64,000 nucleotides of DNA. It comes from Alphaproteobacteria bacterium. GTDB taxonomy: Bacteria; Pseudomonadota; Alphaproteobacteria; CALKHQ01. Of the stretch, positions 39,423 to 51,500 are shown in pieces. The DNA lies in assembly GCA_965227515.1 (NCBI GenBank), contig CBDDFZ010000001.1:160001-224000 (forward strand), in the 5' to 3' direction. Numbering within the stretch: position 1 is the stretch's first letter; every line of letters starts with the position of its first letter. Made by a program: the position numbers and the translations under genes. The notes beneath the pieces are model-generated. The model was not told the origin of the DNA and did no database searches. It was given only the letters and a program-made list of their open reading frames with translations.

Positions 39423-41612
39423 ATGAAAGCGCGCGCGACGATCCTGCTGCTGTTGCTGGCGGCCGCGCTCGGCGTATTGCCGCACGCGGCCAGCGGGCAG
39501 GCACCTCCGCTCGCCGGCACCGAGGCGATCTTCCCCGGAGCCGACCGGTTCGGCCCCGCCGAAGGGGATCCCCCTGCCCTGCCCGCCTATCGCGGCGACG
39601 AGCAGGTCGGCTGGGTGTTTCGCAACACCGACCTGGTCGACGCCATCGGCTATTCGGGCAAGCCGATCGTGGTCGATATCGGCATACGCCTTGATGGCAC
39701 GCTGGCCGGCGCGGCGGTTGTCGCCCACAGCGAGCCGATCCTGCTGGTCGGCGTGCCCGAGCAGGCCCTGACCGACTTCGTCGACAAGTACGCCGGCACC
39801 AACGTGCTGGATATCGACGCGTTCGGCGCCGCGCGGATGTCGGAGATCGAGATCATCAGCGGCGCCACGGTCACTGCCATCGTCGTCGACGACAGCATCA
39901 TCAAGGCGGCGCGGCGGTTCGCGGCGGCGCGCGGCATCGGCGGCGACGGTGCACTGGCCGCCGCATCGCAAGCGCCGCAGCGCCACATCGACATGACATT
40001 GGAAGGTACCGCCGACTGGCCAACCCTGGTCGGCGACGGCTCGGTCCGGCGCCTCCAGCTCAGCGTCGGCGACGTCAGCCGCGCGTTCGACGAACAGGGC
40101 TTGGGCGACGCCACGCAGCCGGAATCCGCCAACCCCGACGACGTGTTCATCGATCTCTACGTCGCCCTGGCGACGCCGCCGACCATCGGGCGCAACCTGC
40201 TTGGTGACCGGCAATACGACCGCCTGATCGCGGAGATGGAACCGGGCGAACAGGCGATCATCGTCGCCGGGCGCGGGCTCTATTCCTTCAAGGGCTCGGG
40301 CTATGTGCGCGGCGGCATCTTCGATCGCTTCCAGGTGCTGCAGGGCGAGGTCACGACCCGGTTTCGCGACCACGACCATCAGCGCATCGCCGCGATGGCG
40401 GCCGCCGGCGCACCGGTGTTCGACGAGATCGGGCTGTTCCGCATCCCGCCCGGCGTCGGCTTCGACCCGGCGGCCGACTGGCGGCTGGAGCTGCTGGTCA
40501 ACCGCCCGACCGGACCGATCGACAAGGTGTTCACCGCCTTCGACCTGACTTACCTGCTGCCCGCACACTACCTTGCGGAACCCGCACCGCAACCGGCGGC
40601 GACGCCGGACACCCCGCCACCCACGGACGACATGGCGTCCGACCAGGATCAGCTGTGGCAGGGCATCTGGCGGGCCCGCGCCGTCGACATCGCGATCCTG
40701 GCGCTCGCGCTCGGCTTCCTGACCATCGTGTTCTTCGCCCAGGACTGGCTGGTGCGCCGGCCGCGCCTGCTGCTGGTGGTGCGGGTGGGGTTCCTGATCT
40801 TCACCGTGGTGTGGATCGGCGGCTGGGCGTCGGCGCAGCTTTCCGTCGTCAACATCCTGACCGTGTTCGGCGCGTTCTTCGAAGGCTTCCGGTGGGAGTT
40901 CTTCCTGCTCGAGCCGCTGATCTTCATCCTCTGGTTCTCGCTCGCCGCCTCGTTGCTGTTCTGGGGACGAGGCGCCTATTGCGGCTGGCTGTGCCCGTTC
41001 GGCGCCGCGCAGGAGCTGATCAACCGCGCCGCCAAGGCGCTCAAGGTGCCGCAGATCAAGGTGCCGTTCTGGCTGCACCAGCGGCTGTGGCCGATCAAGT
41101 ACCTGATCTTCCTGGGCCTGTTCGCGGTGTCGCTCTACGGCCTGGGCGAGGCCGAGGTGCTGGCCGAGGTGGAGCCGTTCAAGACCGCGGTCGTGCTGCA
41201 CTTCGACCGCGAGTGGTACTTCGTCGCCTACGCCATCGGCCTGCTCGCCATCGGCGTGTTCATCGAGCGGTTCTTCTGCCGCTACCTGTGCCCGCTGGGC
41301 GCGGCGCTGGCGATCCCGGGGCGGCTGCGCATGTTCGACTGGCTGAAGCGCCGCCACCAGTGCGGCACCGAATGCCAGATCTGCGCCCACGAATGCATGA
41401 TCCAGGCGATCCATCCCGAGGGCCAGATCAACCCCAACGAGTGCCTGTACTGCCTGCACTGCCAGCAGGTCTACCACGACGACCACCACTGCCCGCCGCT
41501 GATCAAGCGCCGCAAACGGCGCGAACAGCGCGCGGCTGCCGCCGGGCCGCCGTCGCTGGTGCCGCACCACGCGCGGCGCAAGCAGGCGGCTGCGACCCCC
41601 CAACCAAGCTGA
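39423..41612 (+). CDS. nosR: NosR (FMN-binding, Fe-S membrane protein)
   Basis: GYSGKPI, ISGATVT, CGWLCPFGA, FCRYLCPLGA and C-terminal ferredoxin Cys motifs. Confidence 0.95.
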   Translation: MKARATILLLLLAAALGVLPHAASGQAPPLAGTEAIFPGADRFGPAEGDPPALPAYRGDEQVGWVFRNTDLVDAIGYSGKPIVVDIGIRLDGTLAGAAVVAHSEPILLVGVPEQALTDFVDKYAGTNVLDIDAFGAARMSEIEIISGATVTAIVVDDSIIKAARRFAAARGIGGDGALAAASQAPQRHIDMTLEGTADWPTLVGDGSVRRLQLSVGDVSRAFDEQGLGDATQPESANPDDVFIDLYVALATPPTIGRNLLGDRQYDRLIAEMEPGEQAIIVAGRGLYSFKGSGYVRGGIFDRFQVLQGEVTTRFRDHDHQRIAAMAAAGAPVFDEIGLFRIPPGVGFDPAADWRLELLVNRPTGPIDKVFTAFDLTYLLPAHYLAEPAPQPAATPDTPPPTDDMASDQDQLWQGIWRARAVDIAILALALGFLTIVFFAQDWLVRRPRLLLVVRVGFLIFTVVWIGGWASAQLSVVNILTVFGAFFEGFRWEFFLLEPLIFILWFSLAASLLFWGRGAYCGWLCPFGAAQELINRAAKALKVPQIKVPFWLHQRLWPIKYLIFLGLFAVSLYGLGEAEVLAEVEPFKTAVVLHFDREWYFVAYAIGLLAIGVFIERFFCRYLCPLGAALAIPGRLRMFDWLKRRHQCGTECQICAHECMIQAIHPEGQINPNECLYCLHCQQVYHDDHHCPPLIKRRKRREQRAAAAGPPSLVPHHARRKQAAATPQPS

Positions 41613-41639
41613 GTTCACGCGAACGAGGAGGACTGGAGA

Positions 41640-43586
41640 ATGTCGAAGAAGAAGATCGATAAGACCGGCGGTTCCGACGGCATCGGCCGACGGGGTTTCA
41701 TTGGCGGCTCGATCAAGACCGCGGGCGTCGCCGGCATGATCGGCGCCGGCGGTGGGGCGGCGGTGACCGGCCTGGGCGGCAACGGGCTGACCCGCGCCGC
41801 CTTTGCCCAGGACAGCGAGAACGGCGCCCATGTCGGGCCGGGGCAGCTCGACGAGTACTATGGCTTCTGGAGCAGCGGCCAGAGTGGCGAGGTGCGGGTG
41901 CTCGGCGTGCCCTCCATGCGCGAGCTGATGCGCATTCCGGTGTTCAACCGTTGCAGCGCGACGGGCTGGGGCCTGACCAACGAGAGCGTCAAGATCCTGA
42001 CCGAGAACCTGGCCACCGATGGCAAGGCGTATCTGGAGGCGCACGGCCACCCGTACATGAACGGCGACGCCCACCACCCGCACATGTCGTTCACCGACGG
42101 CACCTATGACGGGCGCTACCTGTTCATCAACGACAAGGCCAACACCCGCGTCGCCCGCATCCGCATGGACGTGTTCAAGGTCGACAGCATCGTCCAGGTG
42201 CCGAATGCGTCCGACATTCATGGGCTCAGGCCGCAGAAGTTCCCGCGCACCGGCTACGTCTTCGCCAATGGCGAGCACGAGGTGCCGCTGCCGAACGACG
42301 GCAGCGTGTTGGACGACCCGGAGAGCTATGTCGCCATCTTCTCCGCCATCGACGGCGATACCATGAAGGTGGCCTGGCAGGTCATCGTCGACGGCAATCT
42401 CGACAACGTGGATGCCGACTATGGCGGCAAGTACGCGTTCTCGACCTGCTACAACTCCGAAAAGGGCATGACCCTGGACGAGATGACCGCCAACGAGCAG
42501 GACTGGGTGGTCATCTTCGATATCGAGCGGATCGAGCAGGCCGTCGCCGACGGCAATTTCGAGACCTACGACGAGACCGGCGTGCCGGTGGTCGACGGGC
42601 GGCACGGCTCGCCACTCACCCGCTATGTGCCTGTTTCGCGCAGCCCGCACGGCATCAACACCGCGCCGGACGGCCGGCACGTGATGGTCGCCGGCAAGCT
42701 GGCCCCGGTGGTCACCGTGCTCGACGTCACCAGGTTCCCAGCGCTGTTCAACGACGAGATCGAGCCGCGCGACGTGGTGGTGGCCGAACCCGAGCTTGGC
42801 CTCGGCCCGCTGCACACAGCCTTTGACGGCAAGGGCAACGCCTTCACCACGCTGTTCCTCGACAGCCAGGTGGCGAAGTGGAACGTCGAGGACGCGATCA
42901 GGCACTACAACGGCGAGGACGTGAACTACCTGCTGGATAAAGTGGACGTGCAGTACCAGCCCGGCCACAACCACTCCAGCATGGGCGAGACCAAGGAGGC
43001 CGACGGCAAGTGGCTGGTGTCGCTGAACAAGTTCTCCAAGGACCGGTTCATCAATGTCGGCCCGCTGAAGCCGGAGAACGAGCAGCTCATCGACATCGGC
43101 GGCGACGCCATGAAGGTGGTGCATGACGGGCCGACCTTCGCCGAGCCGCATGACTGCATCATCGTGCGCGCCGATATCATGAACCCGAAGCATGTGTGGG
43201 GCCTGGACGACCCCTATTTCGACGACATCCGCGCGATGGCGGAGGCCGACGGGATCGACCTGGAATTCGCCCAGGACGTGATCCGCGACGGCAACAAGGT
43301 GCGCGTCTACATGTACTCCGCCGCGCCGATCTTCAGCCTGCCGAAGTTCGAGGTGAACCAGGGCGACGAGGTGACCGTGGTGATCGCCAACGTCGACGAC
43401 GTCGAGGACCTGACCCACGGCTTCTCGCTGGCCAACTACGGTGTCGCGTTCGAGGTGCCGCCGCGCGGCGCGGCCTCGGCCACCTTCACCGCCAATATGC
43501 CCGGCGTGCACTGGTACTACTGCCAGTGGTTCTGCCACGCGCTGCACATGGAGATGCGCGGGCGCATGCTGGTGAACCCGGCCTGA
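41640..43586 (+). CDS. nosZ: Nitrous oxide reductase, clade I (Tat-exported)
   Basis: GRRGFI Tat motif, DAHHPH, IHG, PHG, PLH, GH, EPH, and CuA motif [12 protein letters not shown]. Confidence 0.98.
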   Translation: MSKKKIDKTGGSDGIGRRGFIGGSIKTAGVAGMIGAGGGAAVTGLGGNGLTRAAFAQDSENGAHVGPGQLDEYYGFWSSGQSGEVRVLGVPSMRELMRIPVFNRCSATGWGLTNESVKILTENLATDGKAYLEAHGHPYMNGDAHHPHMSFTDGTYDGRYLFINDKANTRVARIRMDVFKVDSIVQVPNASDIHGLRPQKFPRTGYVFANGEHEVPLPNDGSVLDDPESYVAIFSAIDGDTMKVAWQVIVDGNLDNVDADYGGKYAFSTCYNSEKGMTLDEMTANEQDWVVIFDIERIEQAVADGNFETYDETGVPVVDGRHGSPLTRYVPVSRSPHGINTAPDGRHVMVAGKLAPVVTVLDVTRFPALFNDEIEPRDVVVAEPELGLGPLHTAFDGKGNAFTTLFLDSQVAKWNVEDAIRHYNGEDVNYLLDKVDVQYQPGHNHSSMGETKEADGKWLVSLNKFSKDRFINVGPLKPENEQLIDIGGDAMKVVHDGPTFAEPHDCIIVRADIMNPKHVWGLDDPYFDDIRAMAEADGIDLEFAQDVIRDGNKVRVYMYSAAPIFSLPKFEVNQGDEVTVVIANVDDVEDLTHGFSLANYGVAFEVPPRGAASATFTANMPGVHWYYCQWFCHALHMEMRGRMLVNPA

Positions 43587-43600
43587 CTGGCAAGCGGGCG

Positions 43601-44881
43601 ATGCGGGGCGGGCTGATAGCCAGGATTCTGGGACCGGTGGCGGCACTCGCCGTCGCCGGCCCAGGCGCCCTCGCCGCGACCATCGACGTTCCGGCGGCGC
43701 CGGGCGCGCTGGCCGCGGCGGTCGCTTCAGTGCGCGATGGCGACACGCTGCGGCTGGCCGATGGGGTCCATGATGGCGGCATCGCCTTGGACCGGCCGCT
43801 GATCCTGACCGGATCGCCGGACGCCATCGTCGACGGCCATGGCAGCGGCAGCGTGCTGACGATAACCGCGCCCGACGTGACCGTGCGCGGCCTGACCGTG
43901 CGCAATTCCGGCCGCGACATGTTCGAGATGGATGCCGGCATCTTCGTCACCGAGGACGGCGATCGCGCCTTGATCGACGGCGTCACCCTGACCGGAAACC
44001 TGTTCGGCGTGCTGCTGCAGGGGCCGGAGGATGCCATGGTGCGCGACAGCACCATCGTCGGGCTGGACGGCCCGCGCATCAACGACCGCGGCAATGGCGT
44101 GCAGCTATGGCGCGCGCCCGGCAGCCAGGTGATCGGAAACAGCTTCCGCCTGGGCCGCGACGGCATCTTCGTCACCAACAGCCGCGACAACACGTTCAGC
44201 GGCAACCATTTCAGCGAGCTCAGGTTCGCGATCCACTACATGTACACCCACGACAGCGAGATCAGCGGCAACGTCTCCGAGGGCAACCACATCGGGTTTG
44301 CGCTGATGTTCTCCGACCGGCTGGTGGTGCGCGACAACCAGTCGATTGGTGACCGCGATCAGGGCGTCCAGTTCAACTACACCAACGACACGGTGCTGGC
44401 CGGCAACGACATCATCGGCACCGGCGACCGCTGCCTGTTCATCTACAACGCCCACAAGAACCGGATCGAAAACAATCTCGTCGCCCAGTGCGGCGTCGGC
44501 GTGCACTACACGGCGGGTTCCGAGCGCAACGAGGTCTTCGACAACAGCTTCGTCGGCAACCGCACCCAGGTGAAGTATGTCGGGGCCCAGACCCTGGTCT
44601 GGACGGTCGATGGCATCGGCAACTACTGGAGCGACAATCCGGCGGTCGACCTGAACGCGGATGGCATCGCCGACACCGCCTATCGCCCCAACGACCTGGT
44701 GGACGAGCTGCTGTGGACCAACCCGGCGGCCAAGCTGTTGCTGGCGAGCCCGGCGGTGCAGACGCTGCGCTGGGCGCAGGGCCAGTTCCCGGCGCTGACA
44801 CCTGGCGGCATCGTCGACACAGCCCCATTGATGACGCCGCGCCCGGCACACGCCGAGCCACCGGTGGAGGTTGCGGAATGA
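43601..44881 (+). CDS. nosD: NosD periplasmic maturation protein
   Basis: RGNG, GRDGIF, LRFAIHYMY and GNYWSD motifs. Confidence 0.94.
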   Translation: MRGGLIARILGPVAALAVAGPGALAATIDVPAAPGALAAAVASVRDGDTLRLADGVHDGGIALDRPLILTGSPDAIVDGHGSGSVLTITAPDVTVRGLTVRNSGRDMFEMDAGIFVTEDGDRALIDGVTLTGNLFGVLLQGPEDAMVRDSTIVGLDGPRINDRGNGVQLWRAPGSQVIGNSFRLGRDGIFVTNSRDNTFSGNHFSELRFAIHYMYTHDSEISGNVSEGNHIGFALMFSDRLVVRDNQSIGDRDQGVQFNYTNDTVLAGNDIIGTGDRCLFIYNAHKNRIENNLVAQCGVGVHYTAGSERNEVFDNSFVGNRTQVKYVGAQTLVWTVDGIGNYWSDNPAVDLNADGIADTAYRPNDLVDELLWTNPAAKLLLASPAVQTLRWAQGQFPALTPGGIVDTAPLMTPRPAHAEPPVEVAE

Positions 44882-45783
44882 GCGCCATCGCCATTCGTGG
44901 GGCGACCAAGCGCTATGGCCGCCACACCGCGCTGGAGGACGTCAGCCTCGACATCGGCGCGGGCGAGTGCCTGGCGCTGGTCGGACACAACGGCGCCGGC
45001 AAGACCACGCTGATCAAGCTCCTGCTCGGCCTGGCGCGGCCGAGCGCCGGCAGCATCGAGGTGCTGGGCGCGGCACCGCACGCCGCCCATCGGCGTGGGC
45101 GCGACCGTGGCATCGGCTTCCTGCCCGAGAACGTCGCCCTCTACGACCAGATGACCGGACGGGAGGCACTGCGCTTCTTCGCACGCCTGAAGCGGGTCGG
45201 CACCGAGGCGGCCGACGCGTTGCTGGAGCAGGTCGGCCTGACCGACGCGGCGCGGCGGCGCATCCGCACCTATTCCAAGGGCATGCGCCAGCGGCTGGGC
45301 CTGGCCCAGGCGCTGCTGGGCGAGCCGCGCGTGCTGCTGCTGGACGAGCCGACCAGCGGCCTGGACCCGACCCTGCGCCGTGCGTTCTTCGAGATCATCC
45401 TGGAGCGTCGCCGCCAGGGCGCGACGGTGATCATCTCCTCCCACGTGCTGACCGAGATCGAGGCGCGCACCGACCGGGTGGCCATTCTGAGCCATGGCCG
45501 GCTGGCCGCTGCCGGCACGCTGGAGGACCTGAGCACGGCGATCAGGCTGAGCAGCCGCATCCGGATGGCGTCGACCGGCACCGCAGATGCCCTGGCGGGC
45601 GCCCTGGGCAGCGCGGGCGAGCTGGTCAGCGTCAACGGACGCTGGGTCGAGCTGGTCTGCACGCCCGACCAGCGCGTCGCCCTGCTGCAACGGTTGCAGT
45701 GCGGGGCGCTGCCGGTGGCCGACATGGAGATCAGCCGGCCCTCGCTGGACGACATCTACGCCCATTACGGTGGAGCACGATGA
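44878..45783 (+). CDS. nosF: NosF ABC ATPase
   Basis: GHNGAGKTT, YSKGMRQRLG, LLLLDEPT; ATGA overlap with nosD. Confidence 0.93.
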   Translation: MSAIAIRGATKRYGRHTALEDVSLDIGAGECLALVGHNGAGKTTLIKLLLGLARPSAGSIEVLGAAPHAAHRRGRDRGIGFLPENVALYDQMTGREALRFFARLKRVGTEAADALLEQVGLTDAARRRIRTYSKGMRQRLGLAQALLGEPRVLLLDEPTSGLDPTLRRAFFEIILERRRQGATVIISSHVLTEIEARTDRVAILSHGRLAAAGTLEDLSTAIRLSSRIRMASTGTADALAGALGSAGELVSVNGRWVELVCTPDQRVALLQRLQCGALPVADMEISRPSLDDIYAHYGGAR

Positions 45784-45784
45784 C

Positions 45785-46615
45785 ATGCGCGTGGTCCTGC
45801 TGATCGCCGGCAAGGAAGTGCGCGACGGGCTGCGCAACCGCTGGGTGGCGGCGGCGACCCTGCTGCTGGCCGCGTTGGCGCTGGCGCTCGCCTTCCTGGG
45901 CAGCACGCCGGGCGGCAGCGTCGATGCCGCACCGCTGGCGGTGACCGTGGTCAGCCTGGCCAATCTGTCGATCTTCCTGATGCCGCTGATCGCCCTGCTG
46001 CTGAGCTTCGATTCCATCGTCGGCGAGGCCGAGCGCGGCACGCTGGCCCTGCTGCTCGCCTACCCGCTCGCGCGCTGGCAACTGGTGGTCGGCAAGTTCG
46101 TCGGCCACCTCGGCATCATCGCGTTCGCCACCATCGTCGGCTACGGCATTGCAGGCCTGACGATCTCGTTCGCCACCGGTGACTGGGACTGGGCCGGTTG
46201 GGCCGCGTTCGCCACCCTGATCGGTACGTCGATCCTGCTCGGCGGGTCGTTCGCCGCCATCGCCGGCCTGGTCAGCGCCCTGGTGCGCGAGCGCGCCACC
46301 GCCATCGGCATCGCGGTCGGCCTGTGGCTGGTGCTGGTGATCCTGTTCGACGTGGCGCTGCTGGCGGTGCTCGCCGCCGACAAGGGCGCCATCGTCGACG
46401 AGGGCCTGCTTTCCGCGATCCTGATGCTCAATCCGGCCGACGTATTCCGCCTGATCAACCTCACCGCATTCGACAACGTGGCGACCTTCGGCGGCATGGT
46501 CGGGCTGGCCGATGCGGTCGCCGTCGGCCCGCTGGCGTTGCTCGCGGTGCTGGCGGCCTGGATCGCCGCGCCGCTAGCGCTTGCCGTCGCGGTGTTCAGC
46601 CGAAGGGAGCTTTGA
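45785..46615 (+). CDS. nosY: NosY ABC permease
   Basis: KEVRDGLRNRW, VGEAERGTL.LLLAYP and NPADVFRL motifs. Confidence 0.93.
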   Translation: MRVVLLIAGKEVRDGLRNRWVAAATLLLAALALALAFLGSTPGGSVDAAPLAVTVVSLANLSIFLMPLIALLLSFDSIVGEAERGTLALLLAYPLARWQLVVGKFVGHLGIIAFATIVGYGIAGLTISFATGDWDWAGWAAFATLIGTSILLGGSFAAIAGLVSALVRERATAIGIAVGLWLVLVILFDVALLAVLAADKGAIVDEGLLSAILMLNPADVFRLINLTAFDNVATFGGMVGLADAVAVGPLALLAVLAAWIAAPLALAVAVFSRREL

Positions 46616-46617
46616 CG

Positions 46618-47202
46618 ATGCGCACGATCGCTTTGGCTTTGGCCGCACTGCTGGCGCTTGGCGCCTGCGATGGGGACGATGACAGCCAGACCGCCGCGCT
46701 GCCGGCGCCGCAGCAGCCGGGGCGCGAGGCCATCGGTTATCTCTGCAACATGGTGGTCGCCGACCACCAGGGCCCGCACGCACAGCTCTTCCTGGAAGGG
46801 CGCGACGAGCCATTGTGGTTCTCCACCGTCCGCGACCTGTTCGCCTATCGGACGATGGCGGAGGAGGACCAGCGCGTCGTCGCCGCCTATGTCAGCGACA
46901 TGGGGCAGGACGACTGGGCGCCGCGCGAGAACGGGGCCTGGCTTGAGGCCGAGGGCGCGGTATACGTTATCGGCTCCAGCCGCGAGGGCGGCATGGGCGG
47001 CACCGCCATCGTGCCGTTCGTCGACCGGGACGCGGCCGAGGCCTTCATCGCGGAATACGGCGGCAGCATCGTCGCGTACACGGCGATGCCCGCGGACGTC
47101 ATCGCCGGCACCGACATGCTGCTGGACCATGACAACATGGCGATGGACCCGGACGGGCACGCGCCCGAGATGGACCATGCCGGCCATGGAGCGGACCATT
47201 GA
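46618..47202 (+). CDS. nosL: NosL copper chaperone lipoprotein
   Basis: Lipobox LGAC, CNM...H.GP, YVSDMG and GGMG motifs. Confidence 0.92.
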   Translation: MRTIALALAALLALGACDGDDDSQTAALPAPQQPGREAIGYLCNMVVADHQGPHAQLFLEGRDEPLWFSTVRDLFAYRTMAEEDQRVVAAYVSDMGQDDWAPRENGAWLEAEGAVYVIGSSREGGMGGTAIVPFVDRDAAEAFIAEYGGSIVAYTAMPADVIAGTDMLLDHDNMAMDPDGHAPEMDHAGHGADH

Positions 47203-48203
47203 CCGGCCATCTCACGCCCCGGCTCTCGCGCCGTCGCGCGCTGACACTGCTTGCAGCCGGCGCCGGATGCGCGCTGGTGGGCGCGGCAACGCCGGGCGCC
47301 GCCGAGGCCCAGGTCTGGCGCTGGCGCGGCATCGCTTTGGGCGCGAACGCGGAGATGGTGCTGGCGCACCCGGACCGCGCTTTGGCCCGCCGCGTCACGG
47401 AACTGGCGGTGGCCGAAATCGCGCGGCTGGAAGCGATCTTCAGCCTCTATCGCCCCGACTCCGCGCTCAGCCGCCTCAACGCCGCCGGCCATCTCGACAA
47501 TCCACCGCCGGAACTGGTCGCGATCCTGGCCGCAGCGAAGCGCTATGGCGAACTCAGCGGCGGCGCCTTCGACGTCACTATTCAGCCGCTGTGGCGCGTC
47601 TTTGCCGATCACTTCGCGGTCCGGGGCGCCGACCCCGCCGGCCCGCCTCAAGACGTGCTCGCCCGCGCCCGTGCCCTGGTGGACTACCGCGCGATATCGG
47701 TGGAAAGCGGTCGCATAACTTTCGCCCGGGCTGGCATGGCGGTCACCCTCAACGGCATCGCCCAAGGGGTGGTCACCGACCGGATCGCTGACCTGCTGGC
47801 CGACCACGGCTTCGACCGGGTGCTGGTGGATATCGGCGAGCTGCGCGCCGGCCTGCCGCCCGAGGGCCGTAGCGGCTGGCCGCTGCAATTGGCCGGGACT
47901 GCGGGCGATGGCGTGGCCGACCTCTCGATATCCGGCATGGCGGTGGCCACGTCGGCGCCGGCCGGGCTGTCGTTCGGCGCCGGTCGGTTCCATCATCTGA
48001 TCGATCCGCGCGGCGGCGGCGCGGCCAATCGCTGGCGACAGATCAGTGTGATCGCGGCGCGCGCCGCCACCGCCGATGCGCTCTCGACCGCGCTGAGCGT
48101 CAGCGACGACACCGCGGCCGACAACCTGATCGCGGCAACGCGCCCGCATCGCGTCATTCAGGTGACGTCGTCGGGGCAGGTCTGGGATCGCCGGCTCGGT
48201 TAG
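47199..48203 (+). CDS. nosX: NosX FAD:protein FMN transferase (ApbE family)
   Basis: Tat motif SRRR, FSLYRPDS.LSRLN, GAFDVT, LNGIAQG, HLIDP, ADALST. Confidence 0.92.
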   Translation: MTGHLTPRLSRRRALTLLAAGAGCALVGAATPGAAEAQVWRWRGIALGANAEMVLAHPDRALARRVTELAVAEIARLEAIFSLYRPDSALSRLNAAGHLDNPPPELVAILAAAKRYGELSGGAFDVTIQPLWRVFADHFAVRGADPAGPPQDVLARARALVDYRAISVESGRITFARAGMAVTLNGIAQGVVTDRIADLLADHGFDRVLVDIGELRAGLPPEGRSGWPLQLAGTAGDGVADLSISGMAVATSAPAGLSFGAGRFHHLIDPRGGGAANRWRQISVIAARAATADALSTALSVSDDTAADNLIAATRPHRVIQVTSSGQVWDRRLG

Positions 48204-48585
48204 ACCGGGATCGGCCGGCGCAGATCAACTGAACAGCGTGCCGGCCCGGCGTGATATGTGCCAAAGCGCACACAATCACGCAATTGCGATGTCCACTCAG
48301 ACAGCCTCGACCGCCGGCGATTACCTGGGGCTCTATTGTCGATCTGCTTGGCCGCACGGCGCGATATCATGCTGTTATTATGGTTAACGCCCATCACATT
48401 TCTTTTCGGGCGATGTTAGCTTGCCAGAATCTTGAATTAATTTGACGAAAAGGCCCGGCTCTGACATTCCTAACAAAAAGTTAGCATTGCGGCACGGCCC
48501 CGCGGACGCGGGTGATCCGACCCCTTGCGCGGGCGAAATGGTCGATCTTCCCGTCGGCCTAAGACACCAATAAGGGAGTAGAGCC

Positions 48586-51500
48586 ATGGGCCACGCGCGG
48601 CATGAGCGTCCCCAGAGCGGCCACAGCACCATTTTAGCGTGCACCGGGGGAGGCTCACACAAGCACACGCTGGCCAGTCGCTTCTCCTGCGCTAAGAACA
48701 CGCGAAACTGCCGCAGCCGCTCGGTTTCGCTACGCCACAGCACCGCGCTGACGGCTGCCGCTGTCGCGGGCGCCATTGCCGCCCCGTCGATCGCACTTGC
48801 GTTGCCGCAGGACGGCAATGTGGTCGAAGGCCAGGCCGAGATCATCTACGGCTCGAACTCGGTCGAGATCGTCCAGGGTTCCGACCGGGTGATCATCGAG
48901 TGGTCGTCGTTCGACGTCGGCGTCGACGAGAGCGTCAACTTCGTCCAGCCCTCGCAGCTCGCCTCGGCGCTGAACCGGGTGCTGTCGGGCCAGTCCTCGG
49001 CCATCCTCGGCTCGCTGACCGGCAACGGTCAGATCACTATCGTGAACCCGGCCGGCATCCACTTCGGGGCGACGGCGAACGTCGACGTGGCGGCGATCAC
49101 CGCGACGACCATCGACATCATCAACGCCAATTTCATGGCCAACAACCTGGCCTTCGACCAGTTCAACGACGACTTCGCCAACGCCACCGTCACCAACGAC
49201 GGGTCGATCACGGTGCAGGACAGCGGCCTTGCTGCCCTGGTGGCGCCGGGTGTGGCCAACAACGGCATCATCGCCGCGCGCACGGGTGCGGTGGTACTGG
49301 CGTCGGGCACGGCGTTCACGGTCGACCCCTATGGCGATGGGCTGATCCAGTTCGCGGTCAATGCCCCGACGACCGAGGCGCCGGAGGGCATGGACGCCCT
49401 CGTTAGCAACTCGGGCGAGATCTATGCCGATGGCGGCACGGTGATCCTGACGGCCGAGGCCGTGTCGGGCATTGTCGACAACGTCGTCAACATGGACGGC
49501 GTGATCCAGGCGCAGACGATCGAGGGCCGCAACGGCCAGATCGCGCTAGTGGGTGGCGACGGCGCCGGTGCGGTCAATGTGGCCGGCACCCTCGACGCTT
49601 CGGGCAACGACGCCGGCGAGGCTGGCGGCACGGTCCACGTGCTGGGCGACCAGGTGGCGCTGAACGTCGGCGCGAACGTCGACGTCTCCGGTGCGGCCGG
49701 CGGCGGCGAGGCACTGATCGGCGGCGCGTACCAGGGCGGCGCGCAGGCAGCCGGCGCTGCGCTCCAGTATCAGCAGACCGCCTCTGGCCTCAACATCATC
49801 TCCGACACGGCGTTCGAGACCGACGGCTACACACCCACATCCGACATCACGTATTTCGATGCCGATGCCACGGCGAATGCATCGGCCACCGTCGATGGCG
49901 ACGGCGGCAATGTCATCGTATGGGGCGACACCGCGACAGGCTTTTTCGGCGCCGTCAGTGCCCAGGGTGGCGCCAGCGGCGGCGACGGCGGCTTCGTCGA
50001 GGTCTCCGGCGCCTCCTATCTCGACTTCTCGGGCACCGTCGACACCTCGGCGGTCGCCGGCGCGACCGGCGACCTGCTGCTCGACCCGGTCACCATGCTG
50101 ATCATCCTCGGCCGGGGCGACGGCGAAGCCGACGACGACACCTCGAACCTAAGCTGGCTCGACTCCGGCGAGAACGACTTCGACGCGCTTACATCCTCGA
50201 TCACCGAGTCCGAGATCGAGACGCAGAACACCAACTTCACCATTCGCGCCACGCGCTTCGTGCGCGTTGAGGATGGCGGCACCGTCACCGGCTCCTTCGG
50301 TGACGGCGTCGTGCAGCTTCAAAACAACCGCAGCCTGACCATCGAAACGCGCGGCATGGCAGGCGACGGCAACGGCGAAATCGATCTGACCGGCTCCGCC
50401 ACGTTTGGCGCCGACCTGATCTTCCGCACCACCGGCAGCGGGTCGATCACGATACTCGGGTCCGAGGACGGCAGCAGAGTGTCCAACATCGTCCTCAGCA
50501 GGCTCGAGACCGAGAACGGCGATATCTCCGTCACCACCAACATCGGCAACATCACGGCCGAGAACGACCTGACGGTGACCGGGACCGGCGGCATCACGCT
50601 CCAGGCCAACGATGTCCTGACCATCGACCTCGGCGCGCTCGTCACCACGCAGGGCGGCACCGTCTCGTTCACCGCCGGCGACCGGATCGTGGTCGACGCT
50701 CCGCTCACGCTGACCGGCGACACGACGCTGACCAGCACTGGGGCCGGCAACGTCACCTTTAATTCGACAATCGACGGCACCTTCAACCTGACCGTCAACA
50801 CGGCCGGGGTGACATTGTTCGACGGTAATATTGGCGGCACGACGCGGGTTGGCGACATTACCACCGATGCCGCGGGGTCCACGACACTGCAAACACTGAC
50901 CCTGCAAACCCTCGGCAACTTGACGTTCAACGACCCGGTGACCGGCAGCGGCGGCTTGATCATCACCGCCAATCAGAGCGCCGGCACCACCACTTTCGCC
51001 AGCACGGTCGACGGCGGCGACTGGATCATCAACGAGCCGACGGCGCTTACCTTCGGAGGCGCGGTCGGTGCCACCACTGCGCTGACCAACTTGCAGATCA
51101 TCAGCACAGGCGGTGCGGTCAACATCAATGGCGGGTCGGTGCGCGTCAACAACCTGTTGCGCCTGCGCGGCAACCTCGTCTTCGACTCACCCACGAACAC
51201 GACCACGCTGCAGAGCGTGAACAACAATGAGATCCTGCTCGGCCACAGCCCGTTCAACACCATCCGCAGCGCCACCGATGGCGAAGAGTCCCTGATCATC
51301 AACACCACCGGCACGACCAGGATCAATGGTGTGGTCGGCGACAACAACCAGCGGTTCGATGCCATTACCACCAATGACGGCGGCACGACTGTGCTTACCG
51401 GCGGTGCGCTCAACCTCGCCGGCAACACGCTAACCTTCAATGACGCGGTGACGCTGGGCGCGGACACGGTGATCACCGATGCCGGCGCCGTTACGTTCAA

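Noticed and set aside
39378-43646. 1422-aa antisense ORF over nosR/nosZ, and similar long shadow ORFs (4109-6190, 14357-16444, 24994-26784)
   Set aside because: These are expected antisense open frames in high-GC3 genes; the translations have no recognisable motifs.
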